Positions 7,740 to 16,710 of a DNA stretch of 27,999 nt are shown here, in pieces. Position numbers and translations under genes: made by a program. Below the pieces are notes generated by a model. That model worked only from the letters and a program-made list of their open reading frames with translations. It ran no database searches and was not told the DNA's origin. The DNA is taken from NCBI GenBank assembly GCA_044345055.1, contig JBIJBT010000032.1, positions 1-27,999 on the forward strand, in the 5' to 3' direction. How positions within the stretch are numbered: the first letter of the stretch is position 1; each line of letters opens with the position of its first letter. Source of the stretch: Bdellovibrionota bacterium (GTDB lineage: Bacteria > Bdellovibrionota_C > UBA2361 > OMIW01).

Positions 7740-9128
7740 TTAATTCGGGTAACCGACATACTCTCCAAGATGAGACGAGAACCATTCCTCATCAAAGAGG
7801 TATTTTGGATTTATCGGGACTCCACCAAGAAATGCACCCACAAAGTAATTGCCGTACCCGCTTCCGGAGCGACGAAGAGGAGTGCCGATAATCGACGGTG
7901 CGACAACTTGGGCCCCAGGCGAGAGAGAGGACTTTTCAAGAAGTCCATAGACCACCACGATGCCCAATCCGCTATCTACTCCGACAACGGTGCCAAGTGG
8001 TCCCAAGTTTTGATTGAAAATTACCGTTCCATTTCCGACCGCATCAACGACGCTCGAGCTAGTTTCGTGATATTCAAATGGCATTGAGCCTAGCTGAAAT
8101 TCCCGATCGTCAGTAACCACTGAAATATGGCTGCCAAAGGGCGCTATTAGAAGACCAGCAGGACGTAAGAACGGCTTCCTCGGATATCCGTACAGATTTA
8201 ACTTCTGACCGAGAAATCGATTAATAGCTGCCTTGCTTAAATCAAGAAACGGCCCAAAAAATGATGTTAGTGGGGTTTTTGAGTCCAAACCTTGATCTGA
8301 AAAGATTGTGGTGGGCGCATAGAGAGATGCTTCGGGTCTCAGGAGCGATTTTGTGGCGGAGATAAGTTGGTTTATCTCTTCGGGCTTCATCCTGATTCGT
8401 CGGTTCTCCTTTAGGGTTGGAGTAAACGAGACCGATATCGGCTGAGACTTTGTGTTAAAAGCAGCATTCCTCGCAAAAGCCCTTAAGGAAGCTGCTTCTT
8501 TGTGAGAGGAAATGGCAAATGGAGCGAGGAATAGGTTTTCTGGCCCTCCTCGCCCGAGCTGTTTTAGCGGTATTCCGACGACCGTTCGTGAACCCATGAG
8601 AAGACCTGCGGATTCCAAGTTTTCCGGATTACTTTTTATTACCGCAATAACTGGTTCACCCTCACGCGCTAACGAAGGAGCGGTTACAACAGATATTGCG
8701 GGAACCTCGTTGTTGAAAGGAACAGCATATTCCTTTCGAGATTCCCGACCTCGTGCATCTTGGGCAGTTACTTCTAGAATGAACTGAGCTTCCGACAAAG
8801 ATTCATTGGCCACACTCAAATAAACCTCTTCTGAGGCTGATTGAGTTGGCGATGAATACACCTGATTTAGAACGACCCTTTCTCCAGAAGAGCTTTTTTG
8901 CTTGACTGAAATTAGACTTATTCCATCTGCATCCTGAGCAGTAATAACTATAGCTGCTGGTGCAAGGCCAACCGGCCGCTCTTGTTGTAGAGAAATTGAG
9001 GGGCCCCAAAAATTAAACGAGCCCTGGCAGCCAGAGAAAAAGAAAATTGTTCCGAAGATTATCGGCGAAATTCGATGTCGTGGCGTACAGCGGCCCGTTT
9101 TTTGGTTAGCTTCTTTGGCGATAATCAC
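7740..9128 (-). CDS. Lipoprotein with a C-terminal degenerate M23/LytM domain
   Basis: Lipobox-like FFFSGC. C-terminal VDAVGNGTVIF...LGTVVGVDSGLG...YGLL...PGAQV...IIG...GVPINP...DEEW follows the M23 pattern, but the HxxxD and HxH zinc ligands are absent. Confidence 0.75.
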   Translation of the reverse strand: MIIAKEANQKTGRCTPRHRISPIIFGTIFFFSGCQGSFNFWGPSISLQQERPVGLAPAAIVITAQDADGISLISVKQKSSSGERVVLNQVYSSPTQSASEEVYLSVANESLSEAQFILEVTAQDARGRESRKEYAVPFNNEVPAISVVTAPSLAREGEPVIAVIKSNPENLESAGLLMGSRTVVGIPLKQLGRGGPENLFLAPFAISSHKEAASLRAFARNAAFNTKSQPISVSFTPTLKENRRIRMKPEEINQLISATKSLLRPEASLYAPTTIFSDQGLDSKTPLTSFFGPFLDLSKAAINRFLGQKLNLYGYPRKPFLRPAGLLIAPFGSHISVVTDDREFQLGSMPFEYHETSSSVVDAVGNGTVIFNQNLGPLGTVVGVDSGLGIVVVYGLLEKSSLSPGAQVVAPSIIGTPLRRSGSGYGNYFVGAFLGGVPINPKYLFDEEWFSSHLGEYVGYPN

Positions 9129-9416
9129 ATTTATCCCGTTCTATTGAGACCCGTTGGTTTTATTTGGATTCTATAGCAGCATTCCTTGGAATTCCCTCCG
9201 AAGAAGACTACTGATTTAAGATACCCCTCTGAAAGATGCGGCTTATGGGATAATAGTATCAATTTCCCGGCATGATGAATCGGGTTGGGGTGGAAGTGAA
9301 CCAATCCTCCACCATCTTAAACAAACGGCTTATCATAGCCAAGATGTTTAACTCTAAAGGGAAAAAGCCGAAACTTTTCATAAATCGAAGATCGGCACAG
9401 ACATATTATCTGTAAA

Positions 9417-10265
9417 TCATCTTATCGCATACTTCGGCTCTCGCGTCCGAATATGCTCTAAAACCTCCTGAGCAGAAGAGGGCCGATCGTTCGGATTTTT
9501 CGCCAAAAGTCGGGCCGTTAGAGCCGAAAACCATCGTGGTATCGACCTATTTACCTTGTGAAGAGGGGTGGGGGAGTAGGTTAGATGTTTGAACATGAAC
9601 TGCTCATTAAGCTCTGCTTCAATAGGAAGATGTCCCAAGCAGAGCTCAAAAAATAAGACTCCGAGAGCATAAAGGTCTGATTGTGGGCTCGGTGATTGGC
9701 CTTTCCATATCTCTGGGGCAATACATTGAGGAGATCCAACGATTTCTCCCGCAGCCTGAGTATCATCGGCAAATCTGCGAGCAACGCCAAAGTCGATAAT
9801 TTTTGTCTCTCCAGAGGGAGTCACTAAAATGTTCGATGACTTTACATCTCGGTGGACGATGCCTGCATCGTGAATCGCTTGCAGTGCTGCCGTAATTTGG
9901 GCGAAAATAGCGAGCAATTCGGAAAAAGTGCAGGGACCCTTTTTTGCCCACTCCGAGAGCGTTTCTCCGACGATATGCTCCATAGAAAAAAGGGTCGACT
10001 CGCCCTCGACAACGTAATCGAAAACCTCGATTACGTTTGTGTGGTCGATAGATTTTGCCAGCAGAAATTCCTCCAAAAGGGGTCGAGATTGGAGGGGGGG
10101 GTTGGCTGCTGAAGGGTTCAGCATTTTTAGTGCTACGGGCTGATTGTTATGGCGCTCGTTGAGGGAGATATCATCAGCAAGGTAGACGATACGAGAGCCA
10201 CGGTTGCTGAGAATTTCTTTAATAATGAATCGCTCGGCGATGATATTTCCTTGAGGAATCGTCAC
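9417..10265 (-). CDS. Hanks-type serine/threonine protein kinase (kinase domain only)
   Basis: VALK, HTNVIEVFD, HRDVKSSNIL, DFG, GSPQCIAPE, SDLYALG, LLAKNPNDRP; GTG start. Confidence 0.92.
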   Translation of the reverse strand: MTIPQGNIIAERFIIKEILSNRGSRIVYLADDISLNERHNNQPVALKMLNPSAANPPLQSRPLLEEFLLAKSIDHTNVIEVFDYVVEGESTLFSMEHIVGETLSEWAKKGPCTFSELLAIFAQITAALQAIHDAGIVHRDVKSSNILVTPSGETKIIDFGVARRFADDTQAAGEIVGSPQCIAPEIWKGQSPSPQSDLYALGVLFFELCLGHLPIEAELNEQFMFKHLTYSPTPLHKVNRSIPRWFSALTARLLAKNPNDRPSSAQEVLEHIRTREPKYAIR

Positions 10266-10413
10266 GTTTTTTTCTCAAAGTGTAGAGCAATTAAAGTGTC
10301 GCTAACGATCTTTTTTTGCGAGCCTTCTAATCTTTTACTCTCGTTTTAATCTCGAAAATTATTTTATACCAAGGTTCTTGTGAACCTCATAAAAATCAAA
10401 CGGAGAAACTAGT

Positions 10414-11142
10414 ATGGTTGACTCAACTTCCCAATCAATCACCTCTCTCACAACCAGTACTGGATCGAGCGAGCTTAACGATGCACAGAAGCAATTTATC
10501 ACCTTTCTAGTCCGTAATAAGGTTCTGCTCTTTGGTGATTTTGTCACGAAGTCGGGACGTCAATCACCATTTTTTTTGAATTTTGGTCAGGTATTCGAGG
10601 GAGAGCAGGTTAAAACGTTGGGGAGCCTGTACGCGAAATGGATAGTTCAGGAGTTTGGTCAGCAGTCTTTTGTTATCTTTGGTCCCGCTTACAAAGGAAT
10701 ACCGTTGGCAGTGGCAACAACGATTGCGCTCGCCGAGATGGGGTGTCAGGCGAGCTATCTTTTTAATCGGAAGGAGGCCAAACAGCACGGTGAGACCGGA
10801 ACCTATGTCGGAAAAATGCCCGGTGCAGGGGATGTTGTTATTATCGTTGATGATGTGGTAACGGCCGGTTTAACGCTGAAAGAGATAATTCCGCGAGTTA
10901 AGGAGCTCTCCAGTGGTGCACACTTTGAGGGAGTCGTTGTCGGAGTTGATCGAAATGAACGGGGAGAAGCTACCTCTGCGCGGCTTGAAGCAGAGAGGGC
11001 ATTCGATACAACGGTTCGCCCGATAGTTTCAATTATTCAGGTTATTGATTACCTATCGAATCCAAACCCCTCTGGAAAAGTGCTCTCTGATGGAGAATTG
11101 AAGGCGTGTCGATCCTATCTTGCAGAGTTTGGAGCATGTTAG
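10414..11142 (+). CDS. pyrE: Orotate phosphoribosyltransferase
   Basis: FGDFVTKSGRQSPFFLN, FGPAYKGIPL, NRKEAKQHGE, PRPP-binding IIVDDVVTAG. Confidence 0.96.
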   Translation: MVDSTSQSITSLTTSTGSSELNDAQKQFITFLVRNKVLLFGDFVTKSGRQSPFFLNFGQVFEGEQVKTLGSLYAKWIVQEFGQQSFVIFGPAYKGIPLAVATTIALAEMGCQASYLFNRKEAKQHGETGTYVGKMPGAGDVVIIVDDVVTAGLTLKEIIPRVKELSSGAHFEGVVVGVDRNERGEATSARLEAERAFDTTVRPIVSIIQVIDYLSNPNPSGKVLSDGELKACRSYLAEFGAC

Positions 11143-11213
11143 AGAGCTTCAATTTTTAGAGCAGAAGCTGGGGCGCGATTTGGTTAATTGAAAAAGTAGA
11201 GGAGAAAGGCGTT

Positions 11214-11639
11214 ATGTCTTGGCCGAAGAAAAACTTAAAACTTGAAGGTCAGCTCTGGAGCGTAAATCGAGCGGTGCTTTCTATTGCCTCTTTGCTCACA
11301 AGTTTTTTGCTAACAACCTCAGTAGCGCTCGCTGATTATGAGGATTCCGCAAAGCATTTGTACGGCACCGTAATGAGTCCCTTTTGCCCAGGTCGGCTAT
11401 TATCAGATTGCCCGAGTGAGCAAGCATCACTTCTCAAGGAGACTATTTTGGAGGACCTGAAAAAGGGCAGTTCAGAGGAGGCGATTCTCGCGGAACTAGA
11501 GAGCAAGTACGGCTCAGAGATTCGGGCTATGCCAACGGTCTCTGGGATGGGGCTGGTCGCCTGGATAGTTCCCCCCCTCTTTTTTGTCGGAGTTCTTGGT
11601 GCAGGAGCAATATGGTTGGGGCGGCGTAAGGCTCAGTAA
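11214..11639 (+). CDS. ccmH: CcmH/NrfF-like cytochrome c biogenesis protein with an atypical cysteine motif
   Basis: Signal peptide ending VALA, then MSPFCPGRLLSDCPSEQA, G.SEEAIL.....YG..I...P, a C-terminal TM WIVPPLFF and a basic tail. Overall CcmH layout, without the canonical LRCxxC. Confidence 0.78.
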   Translation: MSWPKKNLKLEGQLWSVNRAVLSIASLLTSFLLTTSVALADYEDSAKHLYGTVMSPFCPGRLLSDCPSEQASLLKETILEDLKKGSSEEAILAELESKYGSEIRAMPTVSGMGLVAWIVPPLFFVGVLGAGAIWLGRRKAQ

Positions 11640-11693
11640 GGGCCTCCCTCCTCCTAAAATCTCAATTAGCAGCTCGCGCTGAGAGCTTCGCAA

Positions 11694-12665
11694 CTAGAAC
11701 TTGGCATCTACGACGATTAGCAACAAAAGTAGCGGCAGGTAAAGAACAGAGGCTTTTAGAAGGTTCCTTGCATCTGCGAGGCTGCGCGATTTTGCGGCAA
11801 TAGCGCTTGCTCTTAGCATAAAGAGGCCAAGTAGCAACGAACCCACCATATAGGTCCATCCGGCCATACCTATCAAACAGGGTAAAAACGCAACTGGTAT
11901 AAGGACAAGAGAAAAGCCCATTACCTGTCGAAACATGCTATCACCCGTTGGGTCTACGACTGACAGCATTTTAAATCCCCCTCGTAAGTAATCTTCCCGA
12001 TACATCCACGCAATTGCGTAAAAGTGGGGATGTTGCCAGATGAAGAGAATTAAAAAGAGAACCCATGCACCCGCATCAAGAGTCCCAGAGGCTGCAGCCC
12101 ACCCTCCAACGGGGGGAAGTGCTCCAGGAATCGCACCAATCAAAGTGTTAAGCCACGTAAGTTTTTTAAGGGGCGTGTAGACAATCACATAGAGAAATGC
12201 GGTCAATATCGCAAGAAACGCAGTAAGGAGGTTCACCTGCCAGAGCAACAGGCCGGTTCCCGAAAGGACTAGCAGAACACCGAAGCTAAGGGCGTGAGCC
12301 GGCGGAATGATCCCAGCCGGAATCGGGCGGAAGCGGGTCCTTATCATCCGCTGATCAGCGTCCCTTTCAAGATATTGATTCAACGCCCCCGAGCCCCCGC
12401 AACAAAGAGCGGTCCCGATTAGGCAGGCAGAAAGAGAACTTGTTAGCGCGAGAGACCCTCCCGCGAGAAAATAGCCGAGCAGAGTGGTAACAAGAACCAA
12501 CGAAACTATTCGCGGCTTTGTAAGCTCAAGGTATGGGGCCATCAACGCCTTCAAACTATCTCTCCTAAGAGCGAGTGATGATTGCGAATTAAGTTCGGTG
12601 GCAGCGGCACGACCGCCCCCAATTCCATTTTCACCCCGTCCCGAATCCGGTCCTGACTCATCCAT
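11694..12665 (-). CDS. ctaB: Protoheme IX farnesyltransferase (heme O synthase, CtaB/CyoE)
   Basis: YLELTKPRI, NQYLERDADQRMIRTRFRPIP, YTPLKK, GAIPGALPP, WQHPHFYAIA...EDY. Start placed at ATG 12665 because GAGG lies 5 nt upstream; the ORF-track start at 12734 is probably too early. Confidence 0.95.
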   Translation of the reverse strand: MDESGPDSGRGENGIGGGRAAATELNSQSSLALRRDSLKALMAPYLELTKPRIVSLVLVTTLLGYFLAGGSLALTSSLSACLIGTALCCGGSGALNQYLERDADQRMIRTRFRPIPAGIIPPAHALSFGVLLVLSGTGLLLWQVNLLTAFLAILTAFLYVIVYTPLKKLTWLNTLIGAIPGALPPVGGWAAASGTLDAGAWVLFLILFIWQHPHFYAIAWMYREDYLRGGFKMLSVVDPTGDSMFRQVMGFSLVLIPVAFLPCLIGMAGWTYMVGSLLLGLFMLRASAIAAKSRSLADARNLLKASVLYLPLLLLLIVVDAKF

Positions 12666-12909
12666 GTAATCCTCAAGCCACACCCTTAATTGTGACAAAC
12701 TGTCTACAGATAGGATTGTAAATTGCTTAAACAAAAAAGTCGATTCGCAAGAGAAAGGGTGGGGGCTTTGCCCATGATGCGTGAATAGAACCTTTGAAGC
12801 GCCTTACTGTATCCGAGGTATCGCTGCTGATAGTATAGACTCAGATCGTGTCGGTATAAAAACTGTTGTTTTCTCGTGAGCCACGCAAAGGCTCGGTTCC
12901 CAACACTCT

Positions 12910-13920
12910 TCAACCACTAAACTCTGCTCGGCTTGGGCGGCGGAGGAGATTTTGGAGGGCTTCGGAGGGGGTTGTTTTGCCGCTGATGATTAGCTGCATC
13001 TGCTCGGTTATCGGCATTGAGAGATGATAGCGCGAGGAGAGCTCTAGGACCCGCTCTATGGTTTGAACACCCTCTGCAACAGAACCTAGTGATTCTATGA
13101 TGGCGGTCAATGTTTCTCCTTGACCGAGACGAAAGCCTACTGTGCGATTTCGGCTTAGGGAGCTTGTCGCGGTCATGATGAGATCCCCGAGCCCCGATAA
13201 TCCAAAAAGGGTCTCTGCTTTTGCTCCTGCTGCCGCGCAAAAAGGGCGCATCTCTGCGAGCCCTCGGGTGATGACCGCTGCTCGGGAGGAATCTCCGAGC
13301 CCTAATCCATCGCTGACGCCTGCTGCTATCGCAATCACATTTTTTAAGATACCCCCCAGCTCAACCCCGAGAGGATCGTCGGAGGTGTAGACCCGAAGAG
13401 GGGTGCCAACGAAGAGCTCGGCAACGAGCCTCGCATCGTCCTGATTTGTTGCTCCTGCAACCATTGCCGCTGGTAAACCACGGAGAACGTCTGCCGAAAA
13501 TGATGGTCCCGAGATAACAACTCGCCGATGATGAGCTGGAAGCGATTGCTCGAGCACCTGAAGGGGAGTGCGACAGGTGGCAGGATCGAGCCCTTTGGAG
13601 GCGCTTACCAAAACAACCGAGGGAGAAAGAGAGGAGAGGGATGAGGCGACCTCAGCAAAATAGCGAGAAGGGATCGCCAAAATTACGACATCAGCGGCCT
13701 TCATATCCTCGAGTCGATCAACGATTGTTATCCCATCGTGAAGAGGTTCGACGATCTGATACATCGAGTTGCAGCGCGTTGTGCGCAACATATCACGAAC
13801 GGCTGGATCTTTTGTCCATGCGATAACAGAGCCGTGACGCTGACTCAGGCAGTGGGCGAGCGCCGTCCCCCAGTTGCCTAAACCAACGACGCCAATCGTT
13901 CTAGTTGATTGTCCACTCAT
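12910..13920 (-). CDS. gpsA: NAD(P)H-dependent glycerol-3-phosphate dehydrogenase
   Basis: GLGNWGTALA Rossmann motif, SKG, SGPSF, GVELGGILKNVIAIAAG, GLSGLGDLIMTA.S..SRN, VAEG. Confidence 0.96.
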   Translation of the reverse strand: MSGQSTRTIGVVGLGNWGTALAHCLSQRHGSVIAWTKDPAVRDMLRTTRCNSMYQIVEPLHDGITIVDRLEDMKAADVVILAIPSRYFAEVASSLSSLSPSVVLVSASKGLDPATCRTPLQVLEQSLPAHHRRVVISGPSFSADVLRGLPAAMVAGATNQDDARLVAELFVGTPLRVYTSDDPLGVELGGILKNVIAIAAGVSDGLGLGDSSRAAVITRGLAEMRPFCAAAGAKAETLFGLSGLGDLIMTATSSLSRNRTVGFRLGQGETLTAIIESLGSVAEGVQTIERVLELSSRYHLSMPITEQMQLIISGKTTPSEALQNLLRRPSRAEFSG

Positions 13921-13987
13921 TGCTAAGGCAAATTATAGATGGATGAGTACTGCACGCTAATTGAGATATCGGCCCACAAAAGCCGGA

Positions 13988-16510
13988 TTACTGCTGTATC
14001 TCATCTTCAAGCACTAGAGGAGTAGCCGCCAACACCTGTTCACCCTCATCGAGATTAACGAGCTTCACCCCGCGGGTATTTCTTCCGAGAACTCTCACAT
14101 CTTTTGCAGCGAATCGAATGGCCTTTCCGCCCGAGGTCATCAAAAGAACACCTGCATCGGGCGGTATAAGAAATGAGCTGACGACCGCTCCGTTTCTTTC
14201 ACCTGTTTGGATGTCGATGACTCCTTTACCACCCCGATTTTGAACTCGATAGCTGCTAAGTGGCGAGCGCTTGCCGAAACCGCGCTCACATATCGTAAAG
14301 AGGGTGAGCTCAGTATCTGAAACAACGATATCTGCTTCGCCCTCAGGGATCTCTGAATCTCCAGTCGCCCCAATCACCCCAGTCACCTCAGTAGCCTGAG
14401 GTGCTGTAGTCATTGAGATAATCTCATCTCCATCATCAAGATTAATCCCTTTGACTCCTCTTGCAGAGCGACCCATCGCTCGCACGTTATCCTCGTTGAA
14501 ACGGATAGACATTCCTTGGCGAGTGCAAAGTACGATATCGTCCTGCCCAGTTGTGATGCCAACTCCGATTAAAAGATCGCCCTCATCGAGCGAGCACGCA
14601 ATAATTCCGTTATTTTTGGCCCGCGCGAAATCAGTGAGATTCGATTTCTTTATGATGCCGCGCTGTGTTGCCATCACGAGATATGAGTTCTCGGTGAAGG
14701 CTTGAATTGGAATTATAGCTGTAATCTTGTCGTTCGGTTCAAGATTAAGGAGATTTACGAGCGCCCTTCCATGCGAGACTCTTCCAGACTCTGGAATTTG
14801 GTAGACCTTGAGCCAATATAATCTACCACGCGAAGTAGTGAATAAAATGTAAGACTTCGCACTCGCCACGAAGAGGTGTTCGATGTAGTCCTGCTCTTTT
14901 ATTGCAGCTCCACTGATACCTTTACCCCCCCTGCGCTGTTGTCTGTATTCCTTGAGAGGCGTGCTCTTTATGTACCCCGCATGGCTAATGGTTACCGCCA
15001 TCTCTTTGTCTTCGATGAGATCTTCGAGAAGAATTTCATCTCCTTCATCCTCGATAATCTCAGTTCTGCGGGCATCGCCGTATTCTTCTCGCACCCGTTC
15101 GAGCTCCTCGATAATTATCGCATCGACCTTCTTTGCGTCAGCAAGAATTCCGATGAGTCGCTCAATCTCAGCCGCTAACTCTCCATGCTCCTGTTCAATC
15201 GCGAGTCGCTCAAGGCCTGTGAGTTTTTGAAGTCTAAGGTCAAGAATAGCCTGGCTCTGGATCTCGGATAGCTCGAAGCGACTAACAAGAGCATCTCGAG
15301 CATCCTTTGGACTCTCTGCAGAGCGGATTATCTGAATAACCTCATCGAGGTTTAGGAGTGCTATTCGGAAACCCTCAAGGATATGCATTCTTTCTTGAGC
15401 CTTTTTGAGCTCAAACTGGGTTCGTCGCGTAACAACGTCACGCCGATGATCGATAAAGCGATTCATCAGATCGCGACTTGAGAGAGTAACCGGTTGACCC
15501 TCGACGATCGCAAGGTTATTTACCCCGAATCCAACCTGAAGAGGCGAGCTCTTGTAGAGCTGATTGAGAACAACCTCTGCGGTTGCATCGCGCTTCAGCT
15601 CCATCACGATTCGCATACCCGATCGATCCGATTCGTCCCTTAGTTTGGATATGCCCTCAACGATCTTTTCAGTCATGAGCTCGGCGATCCGCTCAATCAG
15701 AGTCGTTTTATTCACCTGATAAGGAATCTCATGCACTATTAATGCATCAACCTCGCGGGTTGCAGTCTTGATGCGCTCGATCTCAACGCGACCGCGAACC
15801 TGAATCGTGCCCCGTCCAGTAAGAAAGCTTTGACGGATCCCAGATCTTCCGAGAATCATTCCGCCCGTTGGGAAATCTGGGCCGGGAAGCAGTCGAATAA
15901 GCTCCTCTGAGGAGATTTCTGGATCAATAATTAGAGCTATCGTAGCGGTGATCACCTCAGATAGGTTGTGCGGAGGCATCCGACACGCCATACCTACGGC
16001 TATTCCCTGAGCGCCATTTATTAGGAGGTTTGGTGCTATTGCCGGAAGAACGGTGGGCTCTTCACTTGAATCGTCAAAGTTCGGCTGAAAATCGACCGTA
16101 TCTTTTCCGATATCAGCGAGAAGCTGCTCGGAGAGCTTTGTCATCCGACATTCCGTGTATCGGTATGCTGCAGGAGGGTCACCATCAACCGATCCAAAGT
16201 TTCCCTGTCCGTCGATCAGGGGATACCGCATGTTCCACCGTTGGGCAAGTCGAACGAGCGCATCGTATACCGGTTGATCGCCGTGCGGGTGGAGCCGCTT
16301 AAGCACCTCTCCAACAACCCCAGCACACTTCGAGTGTTTTTTCCCCGGAAGATGTCCCTCTTCAAACATCGCAAAAAGAACGCGCCGCTGCACCGGCTTG
16401 AGTCCATCTCGCACATCGGGAAGAGCTCTTCCAACGATTACGGACATCGCGTAGTCCATGTAGGACTGCCGCATTTCATCTTCGATATTTACCAGCGAAA
16501 GGGCTTCCAT
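13988..16510 (-). CDS. gyrA: DNA gyrase subunit A
   Basis: RALPDVRDGLKPV, HPHGD, catalytic AAYRYTE, GPDFPTGG, and the GyrA-box QRRGGKG in the beta-pinwheel CTD, which favours GyrA over ParC. Confidence 0.97.
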   Translation of the reverse strand: MEALSLVNIEDEMRQSYMDYAMSVIVGRALPDVRDGLKPVQRRVLFAMFEEGHLPGKKHSKCAGVVGEVLKRLHPHGDQPVYDALVRLAQRWNMRYPLIDGQGNFGSVDGDPPAAYRYTECRMTKLSEQLLADIGKDTVDFQPNFDDSSEEPTVLPAIAPNLLINGAQGIAVGMACRMPPHNLSEVITATIALIIDPEISSEELIRLLPGPDFPTGGMILGRSGIRQSFLTGRGTIQVRGRVEIERIKTATREVDALIVHEIPYQVNKTTLIERIAELMTEKIVEGISKLRDESDRSGMRIVMELKRDATAEVVLNQLYKSSPLQVGFGVNNLAIVEGQPVTLSSRDLMNRFIDHRRDVVTRRTQFELKKAQERMHILEGFRIALLNLDEVIQIIRSAESPKDARDALVSRFELSEIQSQAILDLRLQKLTGLERLAIEQEHGELAAEIERLIGILADAKKVDAIIIEELERVREEYGDARRTEIIEDEGDEILLEDLIEDKEMAVTISHAGYIKSTPLKEYRQQRRGGKGISGAAIKEQDYIEHLFVASAKSYILFTTSRGRLYWLKVYQIPESGRVSHGRALVNLLNLEPNDKITAIIPIQAFTENSYLVMATQRGIIKKSNLTDFARAKNNGIIACSLDEGDLLIGVGITTGQDDIVLCTRQGMSIRFNEDNVRAMGRSARGVKGINLDDGDEIISMTTAPQATEVTGVIGATGDSEIPEGEADIVVSDTELTLFTICERGFGKRSPLSSYRVQNRGGKGVIDIQTGERNGAVVSSFLIPPDAGVLLMTSGGKAIRFAAKDVRVLGRNTRGVKLVNLDEGEQVLAATPLVLEDEIQQ

Positions 16511-16710
16511 GCGTGCCTGTTTGATCTGCTAAGGGGAACTACTAAAGAACGAGTTCGCGCGGAACCCGACTGTTCGATACTCTGAATCTTTTTTTAAACT
16601 CCGAGTTCTCTCAAAAGCTCAGAGGACGAAAATCGCGAGCTCTGACCCTCGGTAGCCTACCTGTCGGGGAGTGCTGAGGCAAGCTTCTGCCGACAGTACG
16701 ACGACTCGGG

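Noticed and set aside
9129..9416. Intergenic regions 9129-9416 and 7465-7739 as riboswitches or sRNAs
   Set aside because: Only short hairpins were found, with no recognisable RNA family motif; an Rfam search would be needed.
10094..10101. G8 tract inside the kinase gene as a phase-variation site
   Set aside because: The tract is short, in frame and explained by Asn-Pro-Pro-Leu codons; there is no evidence of variation.
10286..10302. Sigma-54-like site upstream of the kinase (minus strand CGACACTTTAATTGCT)
   Set aside because: The spacing fits, but the invariant -24 GG reads GA.
14300..14420. Acidic low-complexity stretch in the GyrA CTD as an intein or mobile insert
   Set aside because: Only about 30 aa with no intein terminal motifs; consistent with a variable loop between blades.
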